In this document: in pieces, positions 7,351-16,580 of the stretch
Numbering within the stretch: the stretch's first letter is position 1
How the letters are laid out: each line of letters starts with the position of its first letter
Assembly: GCA_044868695.1 (NCBI GenBank)
Contig: JBIOWP010000083.1
Location: forward strand, 1 to 26,184
From: a bacterium
Lineage (GTDB): Bacteria > Sysuimicrobiota > Sysuimicrobiia > Sysuimicrobiales > Kaftiobacteriaceae
Direction: 5' to 3'
DNA: 26,184 bases
Translations under genes and position numbers: made by a program
Notes under the pieces: generated by a model
What the model was told of the DNA's origin: nothing
What the model saw: the letters and a program-made list of their open reading frames with translations, nothing else
The model's database searches: none

Positions 7351-8700
7351 TCATTCAACGATGATCTGATCTCTGATGGTGCGCTGCATCTCGCTCGCTA
7401 CCAGATCGACGCCCTGCTGCGGCGTGACCTGGCCCGACTCGACCGCCGAGAGGCCGCGGTACACGGCATCCTGCCACTTGGAGAGATCGGGATGGGCCGG
7501 CGCGAACGTCGTGTAGTTGAGGAGGTAGCTCACTTCCTTCAGGAACTTGTTGTTGACCACGCGCGCCGTCGTGCGGAGCACGGGTAGGTGCGCGCTGCCC
7601 ACGGCGTGCTTGGCGTCGAGATCCGGCACCGTCGTAAACGCCAGCAGCCGGACGGCGAGATCTTTGTTCTTCGATCCCGCGGCGACGAAGTAGCCCTGCG
7701 GGTTGGACAGGGTGATGGGCTTGCCGCCCTTCGCATACGCCGGGTGCGGCCCGTAGCCGAAGTTCGCGAACAGCCACTCCTCCCCGCCCTTGCTGTTCAC
7801 CCACAGCTGCGCCCACTCCGCCCACTGCCATGTCCCGCCGGAGAAGAACAGGACCTTCCCGTCGGTGACCGGCTGCATGAAGCGGTTCCAGTCGTTGTTC
7901 AGGCGGTCTTTCTCGATGACGCCCGCCTCCACGCCCGTCCGCAGCCAGCTGTAATAGCGTAGGAGCGCCGCCCTGTTAATGACCAGCTTGCCGCTGGCCG
8001 CGTCGAAGTCGCGACCGCCGAAGGAGCGGTACCACTGAATGAAGTCGGGGCCGTTCACCGGGCGGTGGTAATATCCTTTGCCGGCCTCGATGACGCGTTT
8101 CTGGACCGCCTCGCGCGAGGTGGCCATCACGTCATCCCACGTGAAGTCCCCCTTCGCCATCCGGTCGGGCAGCGCGGCGATCTGCGCGTCCGACCACCCC
8201 AGTTGCCGGAGGAGCGTCTTGTTGAAGTAGAGCGGCCGCGCCTCCGTGTCCTGCGGGATGGCCCAGACCTGGCCCTTGTAGCGCATCGAGTCCCACAGCG
8301 AGGGCACCACATCGGCGAACTGCGGATAGCGGGGGAGATACGCGTCGAGCGCCGTCACGAACCCGGCGTCCGCCCAGGTCGCGGCGAGCGAGCCGTTGGC
8401 CTGGACGATGTCCGGGCCTTCCCCGCTCTGGAAGCCGAGCAGGACCCGGCGCAGATACGCGTCCCAGTTCGTGGTGTCGAAGAATCCTTCCACCTTGATC
8501 TGGACGCCGGCGCCCTCGCGCTGCAGCGCAGCGTTCAGGCGTTCCGCGGCGGCCTGCAGATTGTTGAATCGCGTGACCGACGGGTTGTCCGGCCCGATCG
8601 TCCACGCCTTGAGCACCACAACGCGCTGTGCGGAGGCCGGCGGGAGCACGAGCGCCACCAGCGCGACCATCCACACAGCGATCACCCATCGATGTTTCAT
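7351..8700 (-). CDS. ABC substrate-binding protein, InoE-like (inositol-phosphate binding family)
   Basis: Sec-type signal peptide (...PPASA). The motifs AWTIGPDNPS..RF.NL..A.ERLN, IPQDTEARP, GGTWQWAEW and AKHAVGSAHL match my recollection of Thermotoga maritima InoE (TM0418). Confidence 0.85.
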   Translation of the reverse strand: MKHRWVIAVWMVALVALVLPPASAQRVVVLKAWTIGPDNPSVTRFNNLQAAAERLNAALQREGAGVQIKVEGFFDTTNWDAYLRRVLLGFQSGEGPDIVQANGSLAATWADAGFVTALDAYLPRYPQFADVVPSLWDSMRYKGQVWAIPQDTEARPLYFNKTLLRQLGWSDAQIAALPDRMAKGDFTWDDVMATSREAVQKRVIEAGKGYYHRPVNGPDFIQWYRSFGGRDFDAASGKLVINRAALLRYYSWLRTGVEAGVIEKDRLNNDWNRFMQPVTDGKVLFFSGGTWQWAEWAQLWVNSKGGEEWLFANFGYGPHPAYAKGGKPITLSNPQGYFVAAGSKNKDLAVRLLAFTTVPDLDAKHAVGSAHLPVLRTTARVVNNKFLKEVSYLLNYTTFAPAHPDLSKWQDAVYRGLSAVESGQVTPQQGVDLVASEMQRTIRDQIIVE

Positions 8701-8729
8701 CCCTCACCCCCTGAATCGTCTGATCCCAC

Positions 8730-10118
8730 TCACTCCTTGCCGATCACGACCTCGTCGATCCCGGACGAGGCCAGTTCGTACTTCCCTTGAATCCCCCGGC
8801 CGCGCCTCCGCCGCGGACGGAACGTCCGGCCGAACATCCCGGCGAGCCGCCGGGCCTCCTCGGGCGCACGGTCGATGAGGTTCGCACGCTCGTCTGGATC
8901 GTTCCCCAGATGATAGAGTTCGTCGGGCTCGCCCGCAGGCCGCTCGACGTAACTCCACGTCTGCGTCCGGATGCAGCGGTCGATACCCTCGTAGTAGCCC
9001 ATGATGACGGCATCCCGGTGCTCGGAGGTCTGCCCCTCCACCACCGGGGCGAAGCTGCGGCCGTGCATGGCGCCGGCATCCCCCCGCACTCCCAGGAGAT
9101 CGAGCAGCGTCGGCAGCATGTCCTGGAACTGGACGAGCGCATCCGTCCGCGTCCCCCCGCGCCGTCCCTGCGGAAGCCGGATCATACAGGGCACACGGAG
9201 GAGTTCGCTGTGCAGGCGGTCGGCGCCCTTGAGGAACTTCCCGTGGTCCGAGAGCGGGTGCCCGTGGTCGGCGAGGAGGAGCACGACGGAATCGTCTAGG
9301 TAGTTCAAGCGGGCCAGTCCCTCGAACAGCCGGCCGAGGCAGGCATCGACGAAGCTGACCTCCCCCGCGTACAGCCCCCGGATGTGGCGCGTCTCGGCGG
9401 GCGACGCCCACGTGCGGCTGAGGCCACCCATGGGCAGGATAAGCCGGGGCCCGCGGTACGCGGGATCGGCATACGTGTCGAACCGCGCGGGTGGATCCCA
9501 GGGTTCGTGCGGATCGAAGCAGTCGATCCAGAGGAAGACCTTCTTGTGGCTCCGGTTGCGCTGCAGCCAGGTGACGGCCTCGTCCACGACGCGCGCGGGA
9601 AACCAGTCGTCCTCCGAGGTGAACGCGTCGGTGTTGGCCAGGAACTGCGCGACGCGCTCCCGCCATTCCGGCGTGTAGTGTTCGTTCACGTAGGCGCCGA
9701 CGTCGCGGCGGGGCGGTCCGGACTCCCAGGGATCATACTCCTGGCCGCGGATCCACCGATAGGCGTGGAACCCCGCGTGATAGTTCATGCCGGGGGCCCG
9801 GTAATGGTAGCAGTCCGAGACCAGCCCGCCGACGTAGCCTTCGCCGCGGAGGATCTGGGCGATCGTGAGGTCGCCGGACCCGAGCGGCGCCCAGGGGCGG
9901 AACGGGAGCGCGCGCTGGCCGGTCATCAGCACGTAGCGGGCGGGGATCGTCGGCAGCGCCTCCGGATAGGCGTTGGAAAACACGACGCACTCCCGGCTAA
10001 AGGCGTCGAGATTCGGCGTGCGGGCCGGCGGGACATCGCTGAACCGCGCGCGCCCCTGGTGATACGCGCCGACCTGGTCCTGGCGCAGGCTGTCGAGCAC
10101 CACCACGATGAGGTTCAC
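8730..10118 (-). CDS. Sulfatase-fold (alkaline phosphatase superfamily) hydrolase with a TxPxR motif
   Basis: VVLDSLRQD, NAYPEALPTIPARYVLMTG, DPHEPWD, ADHG, ELYHL..DPDERANL; no signal peptide. Confidence 0.88.
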   Translation of the reverse strand: MNLIVVVLDSLRQDQVGAYHQGRARFSDVPPARTPNLDAFSRECVVFSNAYPEALPTIPARYVLMTGQRALPFRPWAPLGSGDLTIAQILRGEGYVGGLVSDCYHYRAPGMNYHAGFHAYRWIRGQEYDPWESGPPRRDVGAYVNEHYTPEWRERVAQFLANTDAFTSEDDWFPARVVDEAVTWLQRNRSHKKVFLWIDCFDPHEPWDPPARFDTYADPAYRGPRLILPMGGLSRTWASPAETRHIRGLYAGEVSFVDACLGRLFEGLARLNYLDDSVVLLLADHGHPLSDHGKFLKGADRLHSELLRVPCMIRLPQGRRGGTRTDALVQFQDMLPTLLDLLGVRGDAGAMHGRSFAPVVEGQTSEHRDAVIMGYYEGIDRCIRTQTWSYVERPAGEPDELYHLGNDPDERANLIDRAPEEARRLAGMFGRTFRPRRRRGRGIQGKYELASSGIDEVVIGKE

Positions 10119-10121
10119 CCG

Positions 10122-11579
10122 TCAGCGCTCCCACCGTTCGACGACGACTTTCTTCTCGGTATAGAATTCGACGGCGTCGCGGCCCTGCCCGTGGAGGTCT
10201 CCGAAGAAACTGTCCTTGTACCCGCAGAAGGGGAAGAACGCCATCGGCGCCGCCACCCCCACGTTGATCCCGAGGTTGCCGACCTGGGCCTCGTACCGGA
10301 ACTTCCGCGCGACCGCCCCGCTCCGGGTAAACAGGCAGGCCATGTTGCCGTAGCGCTGCTGGTTCATCAGCGCGATCGCTTCGTCCACGTCGCGAACATG
10401 GATGAGGCTCAGCACCGGGCCGAAAATCTCCGTCTGGGCGATCTTGCCCGCGGGCGGGAGATTCTCCAGCACGGTCGGCTTGACGAAGAACCCGCGCTCG
10501 TAGCCCGGAATGCGGGCGCGCCGGCCGTCCACCACCGCGGTGGCGCCCTCGTCGATCCCGTCCTGGATGAGCGCTTCGACGCGCGCCTTGCTTTCGGAGC
10601 GGATGACCGGACCTACCTCGACGCCCTCGTCCAGCCCGAATCCGACTCGCCGTGACGCCGCCGCATCCGCCAGCGCGCGCGTCGCGGTGCGCGCGGTGTC
10701 GGACACCAGCAGCGCCAGCGACGACGCCAGGCAGCGCTGGCCGGCGCAGCCAAACGCGGATTCGGCGACGGCCCGCGTGGTAGCCTCGAGATCGGCGTCG
10801 GGCATGATGATGATCGGATTCTTCGCGCCGCCCTGGCACTGGGCGCGCTTGCCGTTGGCGGTGGCGCGCGTATACACGTACCTGGCGACGGGAGACGATC
10901 CCACGAAGGAGATCGCACGGATCGCGGGGTGGTCCAGGATCGCGTCGACCGTTTCCTTCGCGCCGTTCACCAGATTCACCACGCCTGCGGGCAGGCCGGT
11001 CTGCTCGATCAGGCGCATGATCTTCTGCATCGTGAGGGGCACTTTTTCCGATGGTTTGATGATCACGGTGTTGCCGCATGCGACCGCATACGGCAGGAAC
11101 CACAGCGGGATCATCCCGGGGAAGTTGAAGGGCGTGATGGCGGCCACGACCCCCACCGGCTGGCGGACCAGCAGCTCATCGATGCCGCGCGCGATATCTT
11201 CGCTGTGATACCCCTGCAGGAGGATGGGGATGCCGCAGGCCACCTCGACGTTCTCGATCCCCCGGCGCACTTCGCCCACGGCTTCAGCGAGCGTCTTGCC
11301 GCATTCGGTCGTGACGGTCCGCCCGAGCTCATCCAGGTGCGCGTCCAGCAGGACTTTCAGCTTGAACAGGTATTGCACGCGCTCCACCGGCGGCGTGCGC
11401 CGCCACTGGGGAAGCGCCCCGGCTGCGGCCTCGGCGGCCGCGTGCACGTCGGCGGCCGGCGACAGCGGCACCGCGGCAATCGTCTCGCCGGTAGCGGGAT
11501 TGTACACGTCGGCGGCGGCCCCCGCAGACGCCCGCCACTGGCCGCCGATGAAGTTGAGCACCTGCCCGTTTCCGCTCAT
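10122..11579 (-). CDS. iolA: CoA-acylating (methyl)malonate-semialdehyde dehydrogenase
   Basis: [38 protein letters not shown]. Start set at the ATG at 11579 behind a GGAGGG ribosome-binding site. Confidence 0.93.
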   Translation of the reverse strand: MSGNGQVLNFIGGQWRASAGAAADVYNPATGETIAAVPLSPAADVHAAAEAAAGALPQWRRTPPVERVQYLFKLKVLLDAHLDELGRTVTTECGKTLAEAVGEVRRGIENVEVACGIPILLQGYHSEDIARGIDELLVRQPVGVVAAITPFNFPGMIPLWFLPYAVACGNTVIIKPSEKVPLTMQKIMRLIEQTGLPAGVVNLVNGAKETVDAILDHPAIRAISFVGSSPVARYVYTRATANGKRAQCQGGAKNPIIIMPDADLEATTRAVAESAFGCAGQRCLASSLALLVSDTARTATRALADAAASRRVGFGLDEGVEVGPVIRSESKARVEALIQDGIDEGATAVVDGRRARIPGYERGFFVKPTVLENLPPAGKIAQTEIFGPVLSLIHVRDVDEAIALMNQQRYGNMACLFTRSGAVARKFRYEAQVGNLGINVGVAAPMAFFPFCGYKDSFFGDLHGQGRDAVEFYTEKKVVVERWER

Positions 11580-11596
11580 GGTCGATCCCTCCATCA

Positions 11597-13459
11597 TCAC
11601 AGGGGCATCCGCTCGCGCCGCACGGCCCGCTCGTAGTCGGCCCGCGCCCGGCGCACGGTCTCCATCTCGGAGACTTCGGCGACCGGCACGTCCCACCATG
11701 ACTCGTAGCCGGGGACGCGCTCCTCAGGGTCGACCTCGACGACGATCACCGTGGTGGTGGGCTGCCGCCGGCTCTCCAGTAGCGCCCGCGCCAGATCCTC
11801 CCGCGTGACCGCGCGCAGCGCGTGCGCGCCCAAGCTCCCGGCGTTGGCGACAAAGTCGATAGGGAGAATGGGCCCGTCCAGCTGACCGGTCTGGGGGTTG
11901 CGCGAGCGGTACGCGGTCCCGAATCCACCGGACCCCACCGCGTTCGAGAGGCCGCCGATGCTGCTGAACCCGTGGCTGTCGAACACGACGATGGTGAGTT
12001 TCACCTGTTCCTGGATCGCGGTCACGATCTCGGAGGACATCATCAAATAGGACCCGTCGCCGACCAGCACATAGACGTCCCGCTCCGGGGCCGCCATCCT
12101 GGCACCGAGACCGCCGGCGATTTCATAGCCCATGCATGAGTACCCGTACTCCAGGTGATAGGTTCCCGGCGTCCGCGCGCGCCAGAGCTTGTGGAGGTCT
12201 CCGGGCAAGCTGCCGGCGGCACACACCACCACATCCTGCGGCCGCACCGCGTCGTTGATGACGCCGATCGCCTCGGCCTGGCTGATCGGGGGGCCGTGCC
12301 GGCGGGAGGTGAGCCGTTCCACCTCCGCCTCCCATTGATCCCGCAGACCGGCGATGCGGTGGGCATACGCGTCGGCGATCCGGTAGCCGGCGAGCGCGGG
12401 GGCGAGCTCCTCGAGCGTGGCGCGGGCATCGGCGACGAGCGGGAGCGCCGCGTATTTGTACGCGTCCTGCTCGGCCACGTTGACAGCGAGAAAGCGAACC
12501 TGCGGGTGTTGGAACGTGGTCGCCGACGCCGTCGCAAAATCCCCCAGCCGAGTGCCGATGGCAATGACGAGATCGGCCTCTCTGGCGACCACGTTGGCGC
12601 CGATGGTCCCGGTCACGCCGAGCGCGCCCAGGTTCTGTGGGTGGTCGTGGGGGAGGGAGCCCTTGCCTGCCTGCGTCTCCACCACCGGGATGCCCGTCTG
12701 CGCGGCCAGCAGCGTCAGCGCATCCGTGGCCTCACTGTAGATCACTCCCCCACCGGCAACGATGACCGGATGCGCGGCGGAGGTGATCCACTGCAGGGCC
12801 TGCCTGAGCAGGGCGCGGTCGGCCAGGGGCCGGCTGATATGCCAGACGCGCTTGGCAAACAGCTTCGCGGGATAATCCCACGCTTCGGCCTGGACGTCCT
12901 GGGGCAGCGCCAGGGTCACGGCGCCCGTCGCGGCCGGCGAGGTGAGCACGCGCATCGTCTGCAGCAGCGCCGCCGGCAGCTGGTCGGCTCGATTGATCCT
13001 GTCCCAATAGCGGGAGACCGGTCTAAAGCAGTCGTTGACCGAGGCGTCCTGCGACGAATCCAGTTCCAACTGCTGCAACACCGGCGCGACGTTCCGCCGC
13101 GCGAAGATGTCGCCGGGCAGCAGCAGCACCGGCAGGCGGTTGATGGTGGCGCCCGCGGCAGCGGTGACCATGTTGGTTGCGCCTGGGCCGATGGACGAGG
13201 TGCAGGCGAACGCGCGCAGCCGCCGGGACATCTTGGCGAAGCCCGCCGCGGCGTGGACCATCGCCTGCTCGTTGCGGGCCTGATAGTAGCGGAACTGAGG
13301 ATACTGCTGCAGCGCCTGCCCGATCCCGGCCACGTTCCCGTGGCCGAAGATCCCCCACATGCCCGCAAAGAACGCCTGCTCGCGGCCGTCGCGCTCCACG
13401 TACTGCTGTGTCAGGAACGCTACCAGTGCCTGCGCCATCGTCAACCGCCGCGTGTCCAT
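11597..13459 (-). CDS. iolD: 3D-(3,5/4)-trihydroxycyclohexane-1,2-dione acylhydrolase
   Basis: [43 protein letters not shown], the GDGSY TPP motif and [10 protein letters not shown]. Confidence 0.97.
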   Translation of the reverse strand: MDTRRLTMAQALVAFLTQQYVERDGREQAFFAGMWGIFGHGNVAGIGQALQQYPQFRYYQARNEQAMVHAAAGFAKMSRRLRAFACTSSIGPGATNMVTAAAGATINRLPVLLLPGDIFARRNVAPVLQQLELDSSQDASVNDCFRPVSRYWDRINRADQLPAALLQTMRVLTSPAATGAVTLALPQDVQAEAWDYPAKLFAKRVWHISRPLADRALLRQALQWITSAAHPVIVAGGGVIYSEATDALTLLAAQTGIPVVETQAGKGSLPHDHPQNLGALGVTGTIGANVVAREADLVIAIGTRLGDFATASATTFQHPQVRFLAVNVAEQDAYKYAALPLVADARATLEELAPALAGYRIADAYAHRIAGLRDQWEAEVERLTSRRHGPPISQAEAIGVINDAVRPQDVVVCAAGSLPGDLHKLWRARTPGTYHLEYGYSCMGYEIAGGLGARMAAPERDVYVLVGDGSYLMMSSEIVTAIQEQVKLTIVVFDSHGFSSIGGLSNAVGSGGFGTAYRSRNPQTGQLDGPILPIDFVANAGSLGAHALRAVTREDLARALLESRRQPTTTVIVVEVDPEERVPGYESWWDVPVAEVSEMETVRRARADYERAVRRERMPL

Positions 13460-13472
13460 GACTCCCTCCCCA

Positions 13473-14432
13473 TCACAAGCCCCCCCGCGACTCGATGAAG
13501 TCCAAGGCCTCGCGTTCGTAGGGCATAAAGTTGGCGCAGCCGTGCCGGGTCACCACGATCGCCCCGCAGGCGTTCCCCATCCGGCCCGCGTCGTGCCAGT
13601 CCCACCCTTTCAGGTAGCCGTACGCGAAGCCGCTGGCAAACGCGTCGCCCGCGCCGAGCACGTTGACGACTTCTACCGGAAACGGATTGATGCGGATGAC
13701 CTCGCCCCCCGGGAGGTGCACCGACGCGCCGCGCCCGCCGTGTTTGACCACGAGGGCGCGCGGCCCGGCATCGAGCAGCGGCCCGACGGCCTCGGCGACC
13801 GACGAGACCCCCGCGGCCTCGGTGACCTCTTCTTCGGTCCCGATGGCCACGTCCACCATCCGCAGCGCCCCCCGGACCATCACACCGAACCCCCGCGCGT
13901 CATGCCACAGCGCCGGCCGCAGGTCCAGATCCAGAAACACCGGGATCCGATGGGTCCGGGCCTGTTCGGCGGCAAACAGCGTCGCGCTCCGGCTGGGCTC
14001 CCGGCTGAGGCCCGTCCCGGTGATCACCAGCAGCCGCGTCTGCCGCACCGGCGCGGCCACGACGTCGTCGATCGTCAGCTCGATGTCGGCGCAGTTGTCA
14101 CGGTAGAACACCAGCGGGAACCGGTCCGGCGGCTCGATGCCCAGCAGCACGGCGCTGGTGCGGCGGCCCGGCTTGCGCGGGATGAACCGCGTCTCCACGC
14201 CTTCGGTCGACAGGAACTTCATGACGAAGTCCCCCACGGGATCGTCGCCGACGGCCGTCAGCAGCGCGCTGCGCAGCCCCAGCCGCCGGGCCCCCACGCT
14301 GATATTGGTGGGACACCCGCCCACATAGGCGGCAAAACTCTTGATGTCCGCGAACGGGACACCGATGTCGTTGGCATACAGGTCGATGGAACTGCGGCCC
14401 ATCGCCAGAATGTCGTACTGGGGCCCCGGCAT
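13473..14432 (-). CDS. iolC: 5-dehydro-2-deoxygluconokinase (PfkB family)
   Basis: GRSSIDLY, YVGGCPTNI, FPLVFYRDNCAD, GAGDAF. Start at the ATG at 14432 with a GGAG ribosome-binding site. Confidence 0.95.
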   Translation of the reverse strand: MPGPQYDILAMGRSSIDLYANDIGVPFADIKSFAAYVGGCPTNISVGARRLGLRSALLTAVGDDPVGDFVMKFLSTEGVETRFIPRKPGRRTSAVLLGIEPPDRFPLVFYRDNCADIELTIDDVVAAPVRQTRLLVITGTGLSREPSRSATLFAAEQARTHRIPVFLDLDLRPALWHDARGFGVMVRGALRMVDVAIGTEEEVTEAAGVSSVAEAVGPLLDAGPRALVVKHGGRGASVHLPGGEVIRINPFPVEVVNVLGAGDAFASGFAYGYLKGWDWHDAGRMGNACGAIVVTRHGCANFMPYEREALDFIESRGGL

Positions 14433-14437
14433 CGCGG

Positions 14438-15328
14438 TCACTCCATTGCGTGACTCACCACTGGAACACGGGAATCCTTCGACGTCCACGTCTGTTTGAC
14501 CCACGCGTGGTCGGGATCGTCCGTGTTGGCCAGCGACTGCGCGGACCCGGCGAGGACGTTGAGGTAGTAGCAGCCGTAGCCGTACGCGACGGTGACGGGG
14601 TGGTAGCCTTCGGGGACCAGCACGATGTCGTTGTGCTGCGCGACCATCACTTCGTCCAGGCGGCGATCGCCCGTGTAGACGCGCTGCACCGCAAACCCGT
14701 GCGGGCGGTCGAACTGATAAAAGTAGATCTCTTCCAGGTCGGCCTCGACGACCCGGCCTGCCCCATCGACGCGATGGACATCGTGCTTGTGGGGCGGATA
14801 GCTGCTCCAGTTGCCCCCAGGCGTGTAGACCTCCACGCACACGAGCCGGTGGCAGGCAAACCCGGGCGGGATGATGCTGTTGATCTGGCGAGTGGCGCCC
14901 CCGCCGCCGCGGATCTCGATCTGTGAGTCCGCCGGCGTGACGAGCACGGGCGCGTGATCCCGGTCGGTGGGGACCCAGCAGTACGCAAGGTCGACGGCAG
15001 CCGTCAGGGCGGTCAGCGTGAATTCGGTGCGGCGCGGCAGGTAGAGCGCATACGGCATCCCGGCAAAGACGCTGGGCCGGCGGCCGAACCCCGGCCAGCG
15101 GCCTCTGCTCGACTCCACCTGGCAGCGCCCGCCCAGCAGCACGATCGCGGCCTCATGCTCACCCGTCGCTGCCGTCCAGCGCTGGCCCTCCGTGACGCGG
15201 CGGACTTCGAAATTCACGAAGTCCCACCCGGCCTGTTGCGCAGTGACGCGCGTGGTGACTCCCGATGCCGCGGTGACCACGGCAGGCTTGACTAACAGGC
15301 GTGAGCGCCCAGTATCCACCATGCTCAT
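14438..15328 (-). CDS. iolB: 5-deoxy-glucuronate isomerase
   Basis: EVYTPGGNWSSYPPHKHD, LEEIY, VPEGYHP, YYLNVLAG. The start could instead be 15322. Confidence 0.96.
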   Translation of the reverse strand: MSMVDTGRSRLLVKPAVVTAASGVTTRVTAQQAGWDFVNFEVRRVTEGQRWTAATGEHEAAIVLLGGRCQVESSRGRWPGFGRRPSVFAGMPYALYLPRRTEFTLTALTAAVDLAYCWVPTDRDHAPVLVTPADSQIEIRGGGGATRQINSIIPPGFACHRLVCVEVYTPGGNWSSYPPHKHDVHRVDGAGRVVEADLEEIYFYQFDRPHGFAVQRVYTGDRRLDEVMVAQHNDIVLVPEGYHPVTVAYGYGCYYLNVLAGSAQSLANTDDPDHAWVKQTWTSKDSRVPVVSHAME

Positions 15329-15400
15329 GCTGCGTATCTTGTTCGCGTTGTTCGCCGTTCGCCCTGTCCGTTGATTCGGATGAGGAAAGTGGGAAAGAAG

Positions 15401-15417
15401 GAGGGGACTGTCCCCTC
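15401..15417. promoter_or_regulatory. Perfect 17-bp palindrome GAGGGGAC-T-GTCCCCTC (operator or REP-like element)
   Basis: 8-bp arms around a 1-bp centre, in the divergent iolB/dehydrogenase intergenic region. Confidence 0.45.
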
Positions 15418-15447
15418 ATTTCAATAGCTCAGCTGGGTCATTCTGGG

Positions 15448-15465
15448 ATAGCCCAAGCGGGCTAT
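15448..15465. promoter_or_regulatory. Inverted repeat ATAGCCC-N4-GGGCTAT, candidate operator
   Basis: 7-bp arms in the divergent promoter region. Confidence 0.35.
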
Positions 15466-15530
15466 GTCTGGGGGTGCGCATCCGGGCAGGGATTGCGCGT
15501 ACGGGCCGAGAACCATAGCAATGCCCACGC

Positions 15531-16559
15531 ATGGCCACCGATACGATGACCGCCGCCGTCTTTGCACGGCCCGGCGAGCTTGCGCTAAAGGAAGTGCCGG
15601 TTCCCCGCGTCCGCCACGACGACGATGTCCTCCTCCGGGTGCGGGGCATTGGGATTTGCGGCACCGATGTACATATCCTCAGCGTGCCTCCCGGCCACCC
15701 CGCGAAAGAAGGCGTGATCCTCGGACACGAATACACCGGCGAGGTCGTCTCGATCGGTACCGCGGTCGGGCACGTGCGGGTCGGCGACCGGGTCGTGGTC
15801 GATCCGACGCCGCCGTGCGGGACCTGCGCGTACTGCCGGCTCGACCAGCCCAACATGTGCGAGAACAATCTGTCCATCGGCGTCTTCACCGACGGCGGGA
15901 TGGCCGCCTACAGCCTGGTTCCCGCGCGCGGCGTGTTCCCGATCTCGCCCGCCGTCCCCGAGCACATCGTGGTGCTGGCGGAGCCGCTGGCCGATGTGCT
16001 GAACGGCATCCGGCGGGCCTCCCCTCAGCTCGGCGAAACGGTGCTGGTCCTCGGCGCCGGACCGATCGGCCTCCTGTTCACGCTGCTGCTGCGCGCCGCC
16101 GGCGCGGGGACGATCCTGGTGTCCGAGCCGGCGCCGTTTCGCGCGAAGCGGGCCGCGGACTGCGGGGCCGACCAGGTGATCGATCCCACCCGGGACGACC
16201 TGGCCGGCGCCGTGCGGCGGGCGGCGCCGCTGGGGGTCGACCTCGTCATCGATGCCGTCGGCGGGCTGCTGGAAGCCGCCGTGGCGACCGTGAGAAAAGG
16301 CGGCCGGATCCTGCTGTTCGGCGTGAACACGACGGCACAGGTCACCCTGCGCCAAGCGGACCTGACGTTCCGTGAACTCACGATCCTCGGCAGTTACATC
16401 GACCGGGCGACCTTTCCGCAGGCCATCAAGATTCTGGAATCGGGCCGGGTGCCGTTCGATCGCCTGGTCACGCACCGCCTGCCGCTCGGGCGGGTGCGGG
16501 ACGGCATCGAATTGTTGCGCCGCGGTGAGGGAATCAAAGTCGTTGTCATGCCAGACTAG
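15531..16559 (+). CDS. Zn-dependent medium-chain polyol/inosose dehydrogenase
   Basis: GICGTD, GHE, structural zinc site CxxCxxC..C and GAGPIG. The substrate is inferred from context only. Confidence 0.9.
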   Translation: MATDTMTAAVFARPGELALKEVPVPRVRHDDDVLLRVRGIGICGTDVHILSVPPGHPAKEGVILGHEYTGEVVSIGTAVGHVRVGDRVVVDPTPPCGTCAYCRLDQPNMCENNLSIGVFTDGGMAAYSLVPARGVFPISPAVPEHIVVLAEPLADVLNGIRRASPQLGETVLVLGAGPIGLLFTLLLRAAGAGTILVSEPAPFRAKRAADCGADQVIDPTRDDLAGAVRRAAPLGVDLVIDAVGGLLEAAVATVRKGGRILLFGVNTTAQVTLRQADLTFRELTILGSYIDRATFPQAIKILESGRVPFDRLVTHRLPLGRVRDGIELLRRGEGIKVVVMPD

Positions 16560-16580
16560 ACGATCACAGGGGGTGAGGCT

